Of a DNA stretch of 35,632 nt, positions 20,801 through 31,145 are shown piece by piece. The DNA is taken from NCBI GenBank assembly GCA_025201805.1, contig MU619426.1, positions 1 to 35,632 of the forward strand, in the 5' to 3' direction. This DNA comes from Parasitella parasitica NRRL 2501 (lineage: Eukaryota > Fungi > Mucoromycota). Below the pieces are notes generated by a model. That model saw only the letters and a program-made list of their open reading frames with translations, was not told where the DNA came from and ran no database searches. How positions within the stretch are numbered: the first letter of the stretch is position 1; each line of letters opens with the position of its first letter. Position numbers and translations under genes: made by a program.

Positions 20801-22153
20801 ATCATTGGATCTGCAAACATCAACGAAAGGTCGCAGTTGGGCACTCGTGATTCGGAAATTGCAGCCTGCATCCAGGACGACAAGGATTTGGTGGACTCTT
20901 GGTTTGCTGGGAAATGCGTCAAGGTCGGTCGCTTTGCTCACTCCCTTCGCATGCGTCTCATGTGCGAGCATATTGGCTTGGACGTGGACCAGATCGACAG
21001 AGACAGGTACGGAGGAGAAAAGTCAGGCTACATGCAGCAGCCCGTGTGGGCTGATTACGAAACGCACGACAACGATCACAGCAAAAACGACGCTATCAAC
21101 TGTATTCCGCCGTATATTCAAGTGCATAGGGATTTAAACAAAAGCGTCAAAGAGAAAGAGCAGATCCAGCAAGAAGAAAAGGACGAGCCACCCATCAGCG
21201 AGATTGGGAGAACCAGCACGGCATTGTCCTCGGATAGCTCAGCTACCGGTAGCAGCAATGCCTCTGATGTCTCTCTGCAAAAGAAACAAGGCAAGAGAAT
21301 GAAGAGGCGCTTTCTACGTAGAAAGAATGGAAGGAGCAAGGAGCAGACGAAAGCAGGCCAGGCTACTGTTGCTGCAATTACTGCTGATGCCCATAACAGG
21401 AGCCCCTCTGCGTGCCTAGAACAGCAGCTGCAAACCACGAAAACAGAAGACTCTGCAAACACAGCCTCTGCGTCGTCTGGTGCTGCTGCCGGCACCTCCA
21501 TGCTATCGCCCACAAAATCCATCTTTAACAAGCGAAAGAGCACCAAAGAAGACTATTTGGATTTCTGGACATCGCTAGACCCAGATACCGACAACAATGG
21601 TGATTGCAAAGCTAGGAAGGAGCAGGAAGAGCAGGAAGAGGAGCAGGAGGAGGAGGAGGCAAAAGGCACAATCTTCGAGCCAGAGCCCAAACACTACTAC
21701 AGCAGCGCAAAACTAGAGCCTGTAGACACAGGCAAACGGACGGTGGGCGATGTGTACCGACTGCTGCAAGATCCATTAACAGACGACTTTCAGGAGTTTT
21801 GGCACATGCTGGCTCGCGTCAACACGGATCTCTTCCGCCGCTCTTTCTTAGTTACGCCTGACAACAACGTGCGGACCTGGGACCAGTACCACCACTATGT
21901 CAAAATGGCCAAGATGTTCCTAGGCCGCACCGATGCTAAACATGGCGGCACCAAGACGACTGCCGCTGCTGCAAATGTGACAGCACTACCCTTGAGCAAG
22001 GAAAACAACGAGCAGGACACTGTTTTCGAAATCATCCGTCGCATTCGCGGACACTTGGTGATCTGGCCAAACCACTTTATGAACGACGATGATGGTCGTA
22101 ATGAATTCTTGTTCAATGTGGATAAAATTGCCCCACTCGAGATCTTTGATTAA
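17801..22153 (+). CDS. SPO14: Phospholipase D1 (Spo14-type; PX, PH and two HKD motifs; 3 exons)
   Basis: Exons 17801-19021, 19102-19527 and 19592-22153. PX (VYRRYWDFVKLH), PH (KPKWFIVRESY), NRFKSFAPVR, IYIHDWWLSPEL, HKD1 WAHHEKICVVD, PRMPWHDV, IYIENQFF, HKD2 VYIHAKTMVVD..IIGSANINERS. Confidence 0.96.
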
Positions 22154-22985
22154 ATCGAACAGCAGATTTTAATTTTTTTTTTTTTTTTTTTTTATTACTA
22201 TGTACTTGTAATTATAAAATATTTAGATTATTTAGAAGCAATGATGGCTATTTAGCTTGGGCATGCGGGCATCAAGCCTCTATTCACAGTTGGGAACCAA
22301 AGTTTGAAGTCTTGTTTTTGACAGCTCTCATTTTTTGGCCAGATTCGACACTTTTTGGCTATTCTCACTGATATCTCGAGACTTTATTATGACGATCAAC
22401 AGCATCATCTAAGCAAAAAATACAGAGCTTTACATGCTCAATTAAGTGGTATGATTATCTTTTAAATCACTGTGAAAAAATTACCCGAAATTTCTACAAA
22501 TAGCAATAGCCATTTTTTGCCAAAAAGTCAATAGACTGCATCCAAAAAGTTTATTGCAAGAGTTTCAGTGTACATGTTGCATCAGTGGCTTTCTTTGATA
22601 CTGACACGTAACATATACAAAAATTTGTTTTTCATTGAGAAAAGCCGACATTTGTCAAAATTGATGCTCTTCCCTTGTAAGACCTCGACCGAGATCATGA
22701 AAAAATGAAGGATTTGCGAATTCGCTAATTTTTGGATGGAATACATCCATGGATCATTTGGCGTATTTGGGAGTGATCAAGAAGGCCAAATGGTGCAGAT
22801 ATGCGCCATTTAAGTGAGAATTTACACACATTTGGTGTAACTTGCCGATTGCAGCTGTATGACCCCTTGGCTTCTTCAAAGGTACACTTTTGAGCTGCTG
22901 TATATGACTAGAATTATACGAGACAAATATATTAGCAATATGAAAAGAGAAAAAAAAAAGTTCTTTGGTGATTGAACGCATTTAG

Positions 22986-23006
22986 AGTATCTCCAATGGA
23001 GATGCT
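22986..23006. repeat. Palindrome AGTATCTCCA-A-TGGAGATGCT; possible transposon terminus (Harbinger/Tourist-like GAGCATCTCCAA after TTA)
   Basis: 9/10 inverted match, preceded by TTA at 22982-22984; no partner terminus seen in the window. Confidence 0.4.
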
Positions 23007-23063
23007 AATTTTACAAAATTTCCAAAAGAAAATTTGGTGAGAGGATGATACTTTCTGACAATT

Positions 23064-23122
23064 TTACTCACCTGTAATGGTGTTTAGGATAAACCGAATA
23101 CCCATGGCGTATTCAAGAGTAA
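23064..23122 (-). ncRNA. Candidate Fanzor omegaRNA scaffold (four-way junction)
   Basis: Starts 25 nt after the Fanzor stop. Closing stem 23064-69/23117-22 (TTACTC/GAGTAA) encloses three abutting hairpins: 23096-101/23109-14 (GAATAC/GTATTC), 23082-86/23090-94 (GTTTA/TAAAC) and 23070-72/23079-81 (ACC/GGT). Function inferred from position only. Confidence 0.5.
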
Positions 23123-23147
23123 TATCAATGACACACAATGCTTGCAA

Positions 23148-24540
23148 TTATTCTTTTGATCCAGAACGCTGGAATGGTGAAAGACGAGCGTCATTGTCTC
23201 TTGCTGCATGTAAAAATATGTTGAGGGTGTTTTTTGCAGCCATTATATCGCCAGACACTGTAATATAGAATGTACTCTTCGCTTTGCTGATCGTTGCACA
23301 ACGTTTTCAACATTTCTTTTTTTTTTGCAAACTTGGCTGGTGAGGTATTCGTCTATCATTTGGGCTGTAACGCCACGATTTTCTTCGCATTTTTGAAGAG
23401 CTTTTATGAAAGTATTTGTAGGTCCAGGTCTTTTGCCTCTCATGGTAGGTGAAAATCTTCCACCTCGATAGGCAATGATGGTTTTATTTACCTTAACTGA
23501 TCCACCAAGTGGTGGAGGGCGGGAGTAAGAATTGTTGTTTCTCGTTGTTGTCTTCACATTGACGCACCCGTACGATATTTAATGCTATCACGAGTAAACA
23601 TCTTGACTATTTCGCTGAAGGCTTTTTGCTTCTTTCTATAACATCTAAACTTTAATTTTGAAGACCTATTCCATTTGGTTAACACATTTTTAAAATATGT
23701 ACAAGAGTTTGCTACACTTACCAAAGGCCTCTGATATAAAATTCATACATTGCATCGTAGGATTGTATGCGCTTTCTGCAAGCAATCAAGAATTTTAAAA
23801 CTTCTCCGGTTTTTAATGAATCCAGTTCTGTTATCATTCTATGAGTGTCTGTGTGCTTCGTTTGATGAATCTTTCGAATGTGAGCTGCATCATTAAACCC
23901 ACACAAGTGATAATACTCCTTTTGACAAAGTGATCTCACTCTACCAGCTTGGTCAACTATAGTAAAAACCGTGCTAATTCCAGGGTCTACCGCCCACACT
24001 TGGCACCCATTGTCAATATCTTTTTTCAGGTCAGATGGCTTTATGGGAAGAGAGTCTTTCTTCTTTTTTGCAGTAATTCTCGAGAAAAGAAAAGAAACTG
24101 AATAACCATCCGTGTAGATAACATTCCTTATATAACTCGATAAGTTCTAAGGCATTACTAAATTAAAACTATATGAACTTTTACTTCAAGGTCTTCTTTC
24201 CATTGTATAACCTATTTCACATAATGTCCGAAGCTCAAACGCCCATCTAAACCAAACTGCAAACAATCCAGTCTATTTATCATCCTCTAATATAATTCTG
24301 TTGTCTGGAAAATGGACTCTTACTACTGATAGCTTTGTCATCCCAGGCTTTCGTTTAATTTTTAGCGATATATTCGTAAAGCTGTTGGCTTCTGCGGCTG
24401 TATTTCTAAATCATTAGGTGATGACATTCAAACTTCTTTTAGGTTCTTTCTTGCTGGTGTATCACTAGTCATTTACAATAATGCCTTGTACAATAATATA
24501 CGCTTCTTGCTCAATGCGACAACAAAATTAATTGTACAAG
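23148..24540 (-). pseudogene. Fanzor1 (eukaryotic TnpB-family RNA-guided RuvC endonuclease) pseudogene with a spliceosomal intron
   Basis: In order: NVIYTDGYSVSFLFSR; RuvC-I VWAVDPG (D 23987-85); intron 23721-23666 (GTAAGT...AATAG); bridge helix KLKFRCYRKKQKAFSEI; IIAYRGGRFSPTMRGKRPGP; RuvC-II IDEYLTSQVC (E 23350-48); VHSILQC; RuvC-III DIMAAKN (D 23249-47); C-terminal RLSPFQR, stop 23150-48. Frameshifts near 23560 and 23250. The region above 24130 is heavily decayed, so the 5' boundary is approximate. Confidence 0.88.
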
Positions 24541-24605
24541 TATTAAATTACATCACTGATTACAGCTACCTAATAATATTACAGCTGGCGACTTTTTTGA
24601 TTTCG

Positions 24606-24648
<43 letters not shown>
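24606..24648 (+). repeat. 43-nt poly(A) tract
   Basis: Directly visible; lies at the 5' edge of the Fanzor remnant. Confidence 0.9.
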
Positions 24649-24651
<3 letters not shown>

Positions 24652-24967
24652 AGTATACAACATCTGTTTTCTTCAAAAGGGCTGATTAGCTCTCTACCAA
24701 GCATCATTCACACATCCACTAAAGTTGGTGCCTTGATCGAAGGCATATTTACAAGAGAGCCTCTCATAAAATCAGAACGATACATCTCTCTTAGAAGCTT
24801 TCATGGGCTATGGATACAAATATAACTTTGATTATCGTAAAACAACATGAAAAATAAAGTTTTTAGGTTAAAGCAGCCATTCTCTTTTGAATGTTATCCT
24901 TGTAAAAATTACAAAGATTCGATGTCCCCTAGCTGTTACCAACTTGTTACGTTTTATTAGGCCAATC

Positions 24968-26030
24968 ATGGAAACAAGAAAGTAACTAAAGAAACCGATT
25001 TCAAGCAGTTCTCGAGTGGTTGCCGAACAAAACAAAAACTTTATCAGTATAGTTAAAATGAAACAACGAGTTGTTTGGAAGACTGATTTTGATCTTGATT
25101 ACAGTCCAGAGAAGAATGGCGTGGCCCCTTTGGGTGCGAAACTATCAACACATGAAGCAAGGGGTGCCTGGATTAATGTGAAAAGTTACATTCGAGATCT
25201 AGTTGCTGCAGTGAGTATTTTTGGTTTCAAATGTTTAAGCTAAACCTCAATCAGCTAATAAGTTGTTATTTGTTATTCTTAGCATGGCATTGATGAGCTC
25301 GACGAGAGAATAGAGGGCAAAGCACTTGTAGAAGGCCAAGAAAAAACGTGCAGATTCATCAAATATATCTGCTAAATTATGCATGTACAATATCATCAGA
25401 ATTATTCCATTGATGAACTAACTTTCTTTAAAGAGACCATCCATAACACGGTAAGAGACTGTATATTACACCCATTTAGTGTTTCTTTGTTTTGAAACTG
25501 TACTTGCTATAATCAAGAAGAATAAGCATGTACCTTATTTCGCTCCTGGAAAAGATGAGCAATGACAGCTCAGCTGGAAAAAAAGTGGGACAAAATCCAG
25601 ACAAGGACACGATAGCTGATGGTATCATCCGTTTGAAAACATAGATGGATTTTCAAGTTCTTATTTTGGAAACAACAGGCACTGTTGGCCATGAAGACCA
25701 TGCAATGACAGCTTTTGACAACTCAAAAGACATGTTTGCTTTGCTTTCAATGCTCAAGACGACAGCTGATAAATACAAGCATGAAGATTTTGAAAAGCTC
25801 AAGTTGTATTTTGTCCAGCCGAGTGGTAAGTAGTGCTATAAGCAACATTTCTTTTGTTGTGCTATTAATGTTGTTTGCCCCCCCCCCCTCCCCAATGAGG
25901 CTACCGTATCCGATTGTGGTCGATGCAATATGCTAAAAATGGGGAGGTTAAAACCTTGCTAAGCCAAGACTTCAGTGACAGAGAAGGATAGCTGGCATCT
26001 CTGGTCAATTTTTTCTTGAGCCTAAACGTA
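24968..26030 (+). pseudogene. Decayed multi-exon gene of a Mucorales-expanded family with a PD-(D/E)xK restriction-endonuclease-like motif
   Basis: Fragments PYFAPG, AMTAQL, IADGIIRLKT*MDFQVLILETTG..GHED....AFDN.K.MFALLSMLKT.ADKY....FEKLKLYFVQ. Intron donors GTGAGT (25211) and GTAAGT (25826). Stops and frameshifts; boundaries approximate. Confidence 0.55.
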
Positions 26031-26469
26031 TAGCTCTAATCTTGAACAATTGAGAAAAATAGCAGTAGTACCTCAACAAGCTTTATTCAATTGTGTAGAA
26101 GAGACCGCAAACACAATTGCGGCTTTGAAATGCCAACATGAGGAGAACGAGAAGTAGAACAACGGTAAGCGAGAACGATAGCTAGAAAGTCTTCCTTTGA
26201 GATGTGATATGTCCCAGGGTTTTTAAATTGAACTTCAACACTCATGGACAACACTTTTCGAGCGAACACCTAATGAGTTCACCTGAGAGTGATGATTAGC
26301 TCAAGTCGTAAGCTCAAGTAGTAGCTTGTTCTACAATGTTTGCATTAGAGAACCGTGACTCAACAAATCAGTGTCCCAAAGCGAATTTTTTTTTTTTTTT
26401 TTTTGGAATTTTTTTCTTGTAGTTTTGACATTTATCCTTTCAGTTCAAGCAAGGAAAGCTCTTTCAATA

Positions 26470-28469
26470 ATGACAAAAAACACAGTAGATCGATTTATAT
26501 CCAACGTTGTTAATAAACCACAAGTTTTCTTTGGATCCAACCAAAAAATTGCTGACAGTGCGTTAGAAGTAGCCAAACATTTCTACGACAAAGGTGCAGT
26601 TGACATGGAGAGTTTATACATCTGACACTTATGCCCCCTCTCTCTCTCTTTTTTTTTTACGCTAGTCAAAAAGGTAGAGCAAGTTCAGTTTTCCCCCTTT
26701 ACAGAACTGCTGACGGAAGGATTTGATAATGATCAAATCTGGGAAGAGATTGCCTCTCAAAATGAACCATTCCTAGATTACGCAAAGACAGCACTTAAAG
26801 AGTTTAGCAAAAAGCCCTCAACACAGAAGCAATCATTTACTGATGACGATGAAGAAGAAGCGAGCCTTTCAGATCAGTCAATGGATTTAGATCAACAAAC
26901 AGATGAGGAGGAGGATGAAGAAGAGGATAATCATGGTTTAGATTTCATGGATCAGGATAATGATTCAGAACAAGAGGATCAAGACATGGAAGAACAAGAC
27001 GATGAGGATGAAGTAATTGAGCCTGAGGTTTTAGAGGAAGAAAAGAGGTAATTTTATGGTCCATGTGCGACGCTGGCAAGCTAATCGACTTGTCCTCATA
27101 TATTGCATAGCTCGAAAAAGACATCAGAGGTCGATGACGAATTCTTCAATCTGGAGGAATTCAATAAATGGACAGACAAGCAAGAAGAATTAGACATGAT
27201 GTCTGACCGTGAGGATCAAGACGATGAGTTTGATTTCGACAAAGATTTAGATGAGCAAGAAGACTCTGATGAGGAGCAGGACGATACCGAGGCTGCTACA
27301 GGTAAATACCTATTATCGTGGGCATACGGAAACTAGGACTTATCTTTGCTCGTTCAGAAATGCTGTACAAAGACTTTTACGGCGCTGGGCCCAAGATGGA
27401 TGCCAAGCTCTATACACCCAAGAAAAAAGTTGAGTACCAGGAGGGCCGGGCAGATGAAGAAGAAGAGGAAGAAAATGAACAAGAGGACATGGAAGACTTG
27501 GAGGACATGGAGGATAATGAAGGCCCTGCTCGTGATCTTTTCGGCGCTGATTCTGATGCGGAACAAGAAGACGGCCAAGAGCACTCGGCTTTCCAAAAGC
27601 AACAAGCCAGGCTGCAAGCGCAAATCGAAGAATATGAAGAAGAGAATATTCAGGATAAGCATTGGACATTGCGTGGTGAAGCTGCAGCCAAATCCAGACC
27701 TGTCAACAGTTTACTAGAGGAAGATCTTGAATTTGAGCACGCCAACAAGCCTGTTCCCGTGATCACACAGGAATCAACAAACACATTAGAAGAGATGATC
27801 AAGAAGCGCATTTTAGACAACATGTTTGACGATGTCGAGCGCAAAGTGGATCCCACATTGCGACCTTTCGTTCCTTCAAAACGGGTCGAGCTTAGCGACG
27901 AAAAGGCCAAACAATCACTGGCAGACATGTACGAAGACGATTTCGTGCGCAAGCAGGCTGGCCAAGAAAAGAAAGATGTGCGTGATGAAGCATTAGAAAA
28001 GGAGCATGACGAAATCAGCAATCTGTTCAGCACTTTGTGTCACAAATTAGATGCACTATCCAACTTTCATTACACACCGAAGGCAGCTAAGCCTGAGATG
28101 ACGATTGTCAGCAATTCTGCAGCCATCAGCATGGAGGAGGTCACGCCTATAAATGTATCGGATGCAACACTATTAGCACCTGAGGAAGTGTACGACAAGA
28201 AGCGCGGCGATGTCAAGGTTGCATCTGAGATGGACCAAGATGAACGTAAGCGCCAGAGAGCCCAAAAGAAAAAGTTGAAGCGAAAGGAGCGCGACATGAA
28301 GGAGAGAGAACAGAAGATCATGCAGAAATACAATCCTCAGATGGGCCAGAGAAAAGCAAAAACAAAGGCTGTCAAGGAGCTGCTGGGACAAAAGAACGTT
28401 ACAGTTATTGGCAAAGACGGCCAGAAGAAGACGACAACAAAGCAGGTTACCTCTGCCTCACTATTTTAA
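26470..28469 (+). CDS. MPP10: U3 snoRNP / SSU processome protein Mpp10 (4 exons)
   Basis: Exons 26470-26593, 26666-27047, 27111-27301 and 27358-28469. Motifs GFDNDQIWEEI..QNEP, VDDEFFNLEEF, KHWTLRGEA.AKSRPVNSLLEEDLEFEH, LEEMIKKRI...FDDVERK, KLDALSNFHYTPK, ISMEEVTP, LLAPEEVY. Confidence 0.96.
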
Positions 28470-28864
28470 TCGTATTGTATATTCCTTTCCTGTTGTTGTC
28501 ATCTTATATTATATAAAGAGTTTATTGTTTTTAGAAATATAGGTGATATATCTGTATTTACATCAAAATAAATTAGGCATGGTGATTGAGAGATATTGTT
28601 CTTATTATTATTAGTGAAGAGAAAAATGATCCAAAAAGTGATATAAAAAAAAGAGGCATATAATGGCATAGAGAAATAAAAAAAAAAAATACATTCATAA
28701 TTTGTCTAGAAGGTCATAATAGTAGTAAAGTGGTATTAATGGAGATATTTACATAAGAAAATCATATTGAAAGAGATGTCGAAAGAGAGGAAATTTGTTG
28801 TCAAAACAATGTGATGGGTATAAAAATGAGTGGTGGCTATTGCTGCTACTTCAAGGCTGTTTGA

Positions 28865-29545
28865 TCATAATTCAGTAGCGGTAGGGTTGCTACTTGCTCT
28901 TTTTCTTTTCCATTCGACACATGGAGCTGGTGTTTTGACCTCGACATTGGAGTCATCTTGGCCAAAGACAATCTTAAATCGGCCTTTTTGAACACAGGTG
29001 CTCCTTGAGGGTTCGGATCTGTTTCTTACGAGTGGTTGGGATGTCAACAGCTTGTTGTTAGCAGTAGTAAGAGCCACTTGGTTCATTGAATTCGACTTGT
29101 TGAGTGGCACAGTGGTGATTGCCGCGGGTAAGCTCTTTCTGCCGTTTTGCCAAAAATGAGAATCCCAGATTTGCATGGACGACGAATGTCTGTTATTGCC
29201 GCTGGTTAATGAGGAAGCCATAGTGGTGTAGTAATCACACTCAGAGTCGTCATCTGAATCAGAATCGTCAGAGTAAATTGATTGTAGACTATTGCGCTTC
29301 GTCTTTATGCCTGTCAAATCAGCAAACTGACTAGCGGTCAAATCCTCAGAGTGAATTGCAATTTCAGTTGATTTGGTTCGAATGTATTTCTCTGTTGCTG
29401 CTGCTAAAGTTGTGGCTGATTTAGATCCCTTTACATTCCAAGAATGGCCACCAAGGTGCAATTTATCAGATATTTTGTGTAGCTTCGTTTTCCATTTCGC
29501 TGGATCAAAGTATTGTAAAGTGGATGTTGATGCAGAGTGGATCAT
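28865..29545 (-). CDS. Hypothetical protein (226 aa, Ser/Asp-rich)
   Basis: Uninterrupted ORF with an A-rich start context; short ordered blocks LTASQFADLTGIK, MQIWDSHFW and VQKGRFKIV within disordered sequence. Confidence 0.8.
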   Translation of the reverse strand: MIHSASTSTLQYFDPAKWKTKLHKISDKLHLGGHSWNVKGSKSATTLAAATEKYIRTKSTEIAIHSEDLTASQFADLTGIKTKRNSLQSIYSDDSDSDDDSECDYYTTMASSLTSGNNRHSSSMQIWDSHFWQNGRKSLPAAITTVPLNKSNSMNQVALTTANNKLLTSQPLVRNRSEPSRSTCVQKGRFKIVFGQDDSNVEVKTPAPCVEWKRKRASSNPTATEL

Positions 29546-31145
29546 TTTTTTTTATAAAAAGGATGAAAGTAAAAAAAAGAAGAGAGCGAAAATCTCAATT
29601 TATACGGATGGTGGAAATAGCATGCAGTTGAGAGGTTTATGCCCACAGGCCAAATTACCTCAACGCTACACCTGCGAAAAAACTCCCTGATATTCAGTAT
29701 TATATTGTAACTTTTGATCTTGACCTCCCCATTTTTTTTATTTATTTACCATATAAATGAATTATGTAAGCACTGGTTGTTCGATCCATGTATTATGATG
29801 CACATCTACCTATCTACCCATCTCTCTTTCTAATCATGTATCTGCTGCTGTAAAGAATAGCAGGGTACAAGCCCTGTTCATCCATAAAGAATTCCACAAT
29901 TTAACTAATTTATTTCATGTAAATTATAATCCTCCCCCCTAAAGAAGTAGTGGTCATTTTTATCCCTATTCAACCTAGGTAATACCCATGTCTCGTGTCA
30001 CAGCCAAAGCACAATAAAGTTGTGCTCTGTTTAATCTCACTGCATAAAACCTAGAAAAAATCTCAATAATGTCATCATCATCTACAGCTGGAGAATGTTT
30101 ATTTATACATGCTAATCAAAGGAACTAGGCAGATTATGTACATTTTTCACCTGTGTATCTCCTTTTTTTTTTATTTTTCTTTTTGAATGCGCGGGTAGAT
30201 GCAACCTATTGTCGTCAAATTAAAGAGGTTGCACTATCAACCATGTGCACGCATGGCAACATTTCCATCAATATTTGCGTGCCACAAATCTAAACAATAT
30301 AAATCTCCCCAATTAAACAAATAACTACTAGTGGGTTACCCATGTTTACGGCGATTTAGCTTCTATTAACGGCCTACGTTTTTCTCGTGGACGTTGGTAA
30401 TACTTGTAACTTCAGGAACAATTTTCGTTGGTTGAACGACACTAAATTTCATTATATACAAAATATTTTATAAATTAAACATATTGGCCCGAAACTCCTT
30501 TATCCTGGTCAGCCACAAATTACACTAAATGTTGCTCATTGAAGTGAATAATAATGAATTCAACTTTTTCATGGTGCCTGAGATTAGTCGCTAAAATTTG
30601 ATAACTCTAGTGATGGTTTCTTTGTTGTCATAGCAGGTGCTGATTCGTTATAAATATTGTATCAGAATAGGGTTGGAACTTGTGAAATGCAATGCTGGTG
30701 ATCTAAAGCAAAGACATGAGATGTACCATTTGATTTGCTCCACTTTCCCTTTTTGTAACAAGAATATTTCGTTATAAACAACACGGGAATGCAAGTTCTG
30801 CGGTGTATGATCTTTGACATCATCGGCACAAAGAACAAGCAGTGTGTTCACAGATCAAGTGAGTTGCGCCCAAAAAAAGCTGTGTCGATGCGAAATACTG
30901 TACACCTATCCTCAAGGTCATAATGTGCGATACCATCAAGCCAAAAATCAAATGTACAGCAGCTTCTATTGGAAGCAGACAAAAAATGATGATTTTGCGA
31001 TTAACATAGTGAATTAATAAATACTCGTATGCAAATGATATATCACAACTAAGTTTTGTATACCCACCTCCCAAAGAAAGATTCAATCAGCTCTGACATC
31101 GATTTTATTGCAAAAATGTGATTTACGCATATATATTTCAAGTGA

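Noticed and set aside
22250-22980. Possible MITE or extension of the Fanzor element (CACAGT... start at about 22285)
   Set aside because: No convincing matching terminal inverted repeat or coding remnant could be found by eye.
30600-31090. Small overlapping ORFs downstream of the F-box gene
   Set aside because: Short, on both strands and without recognisable motifs.
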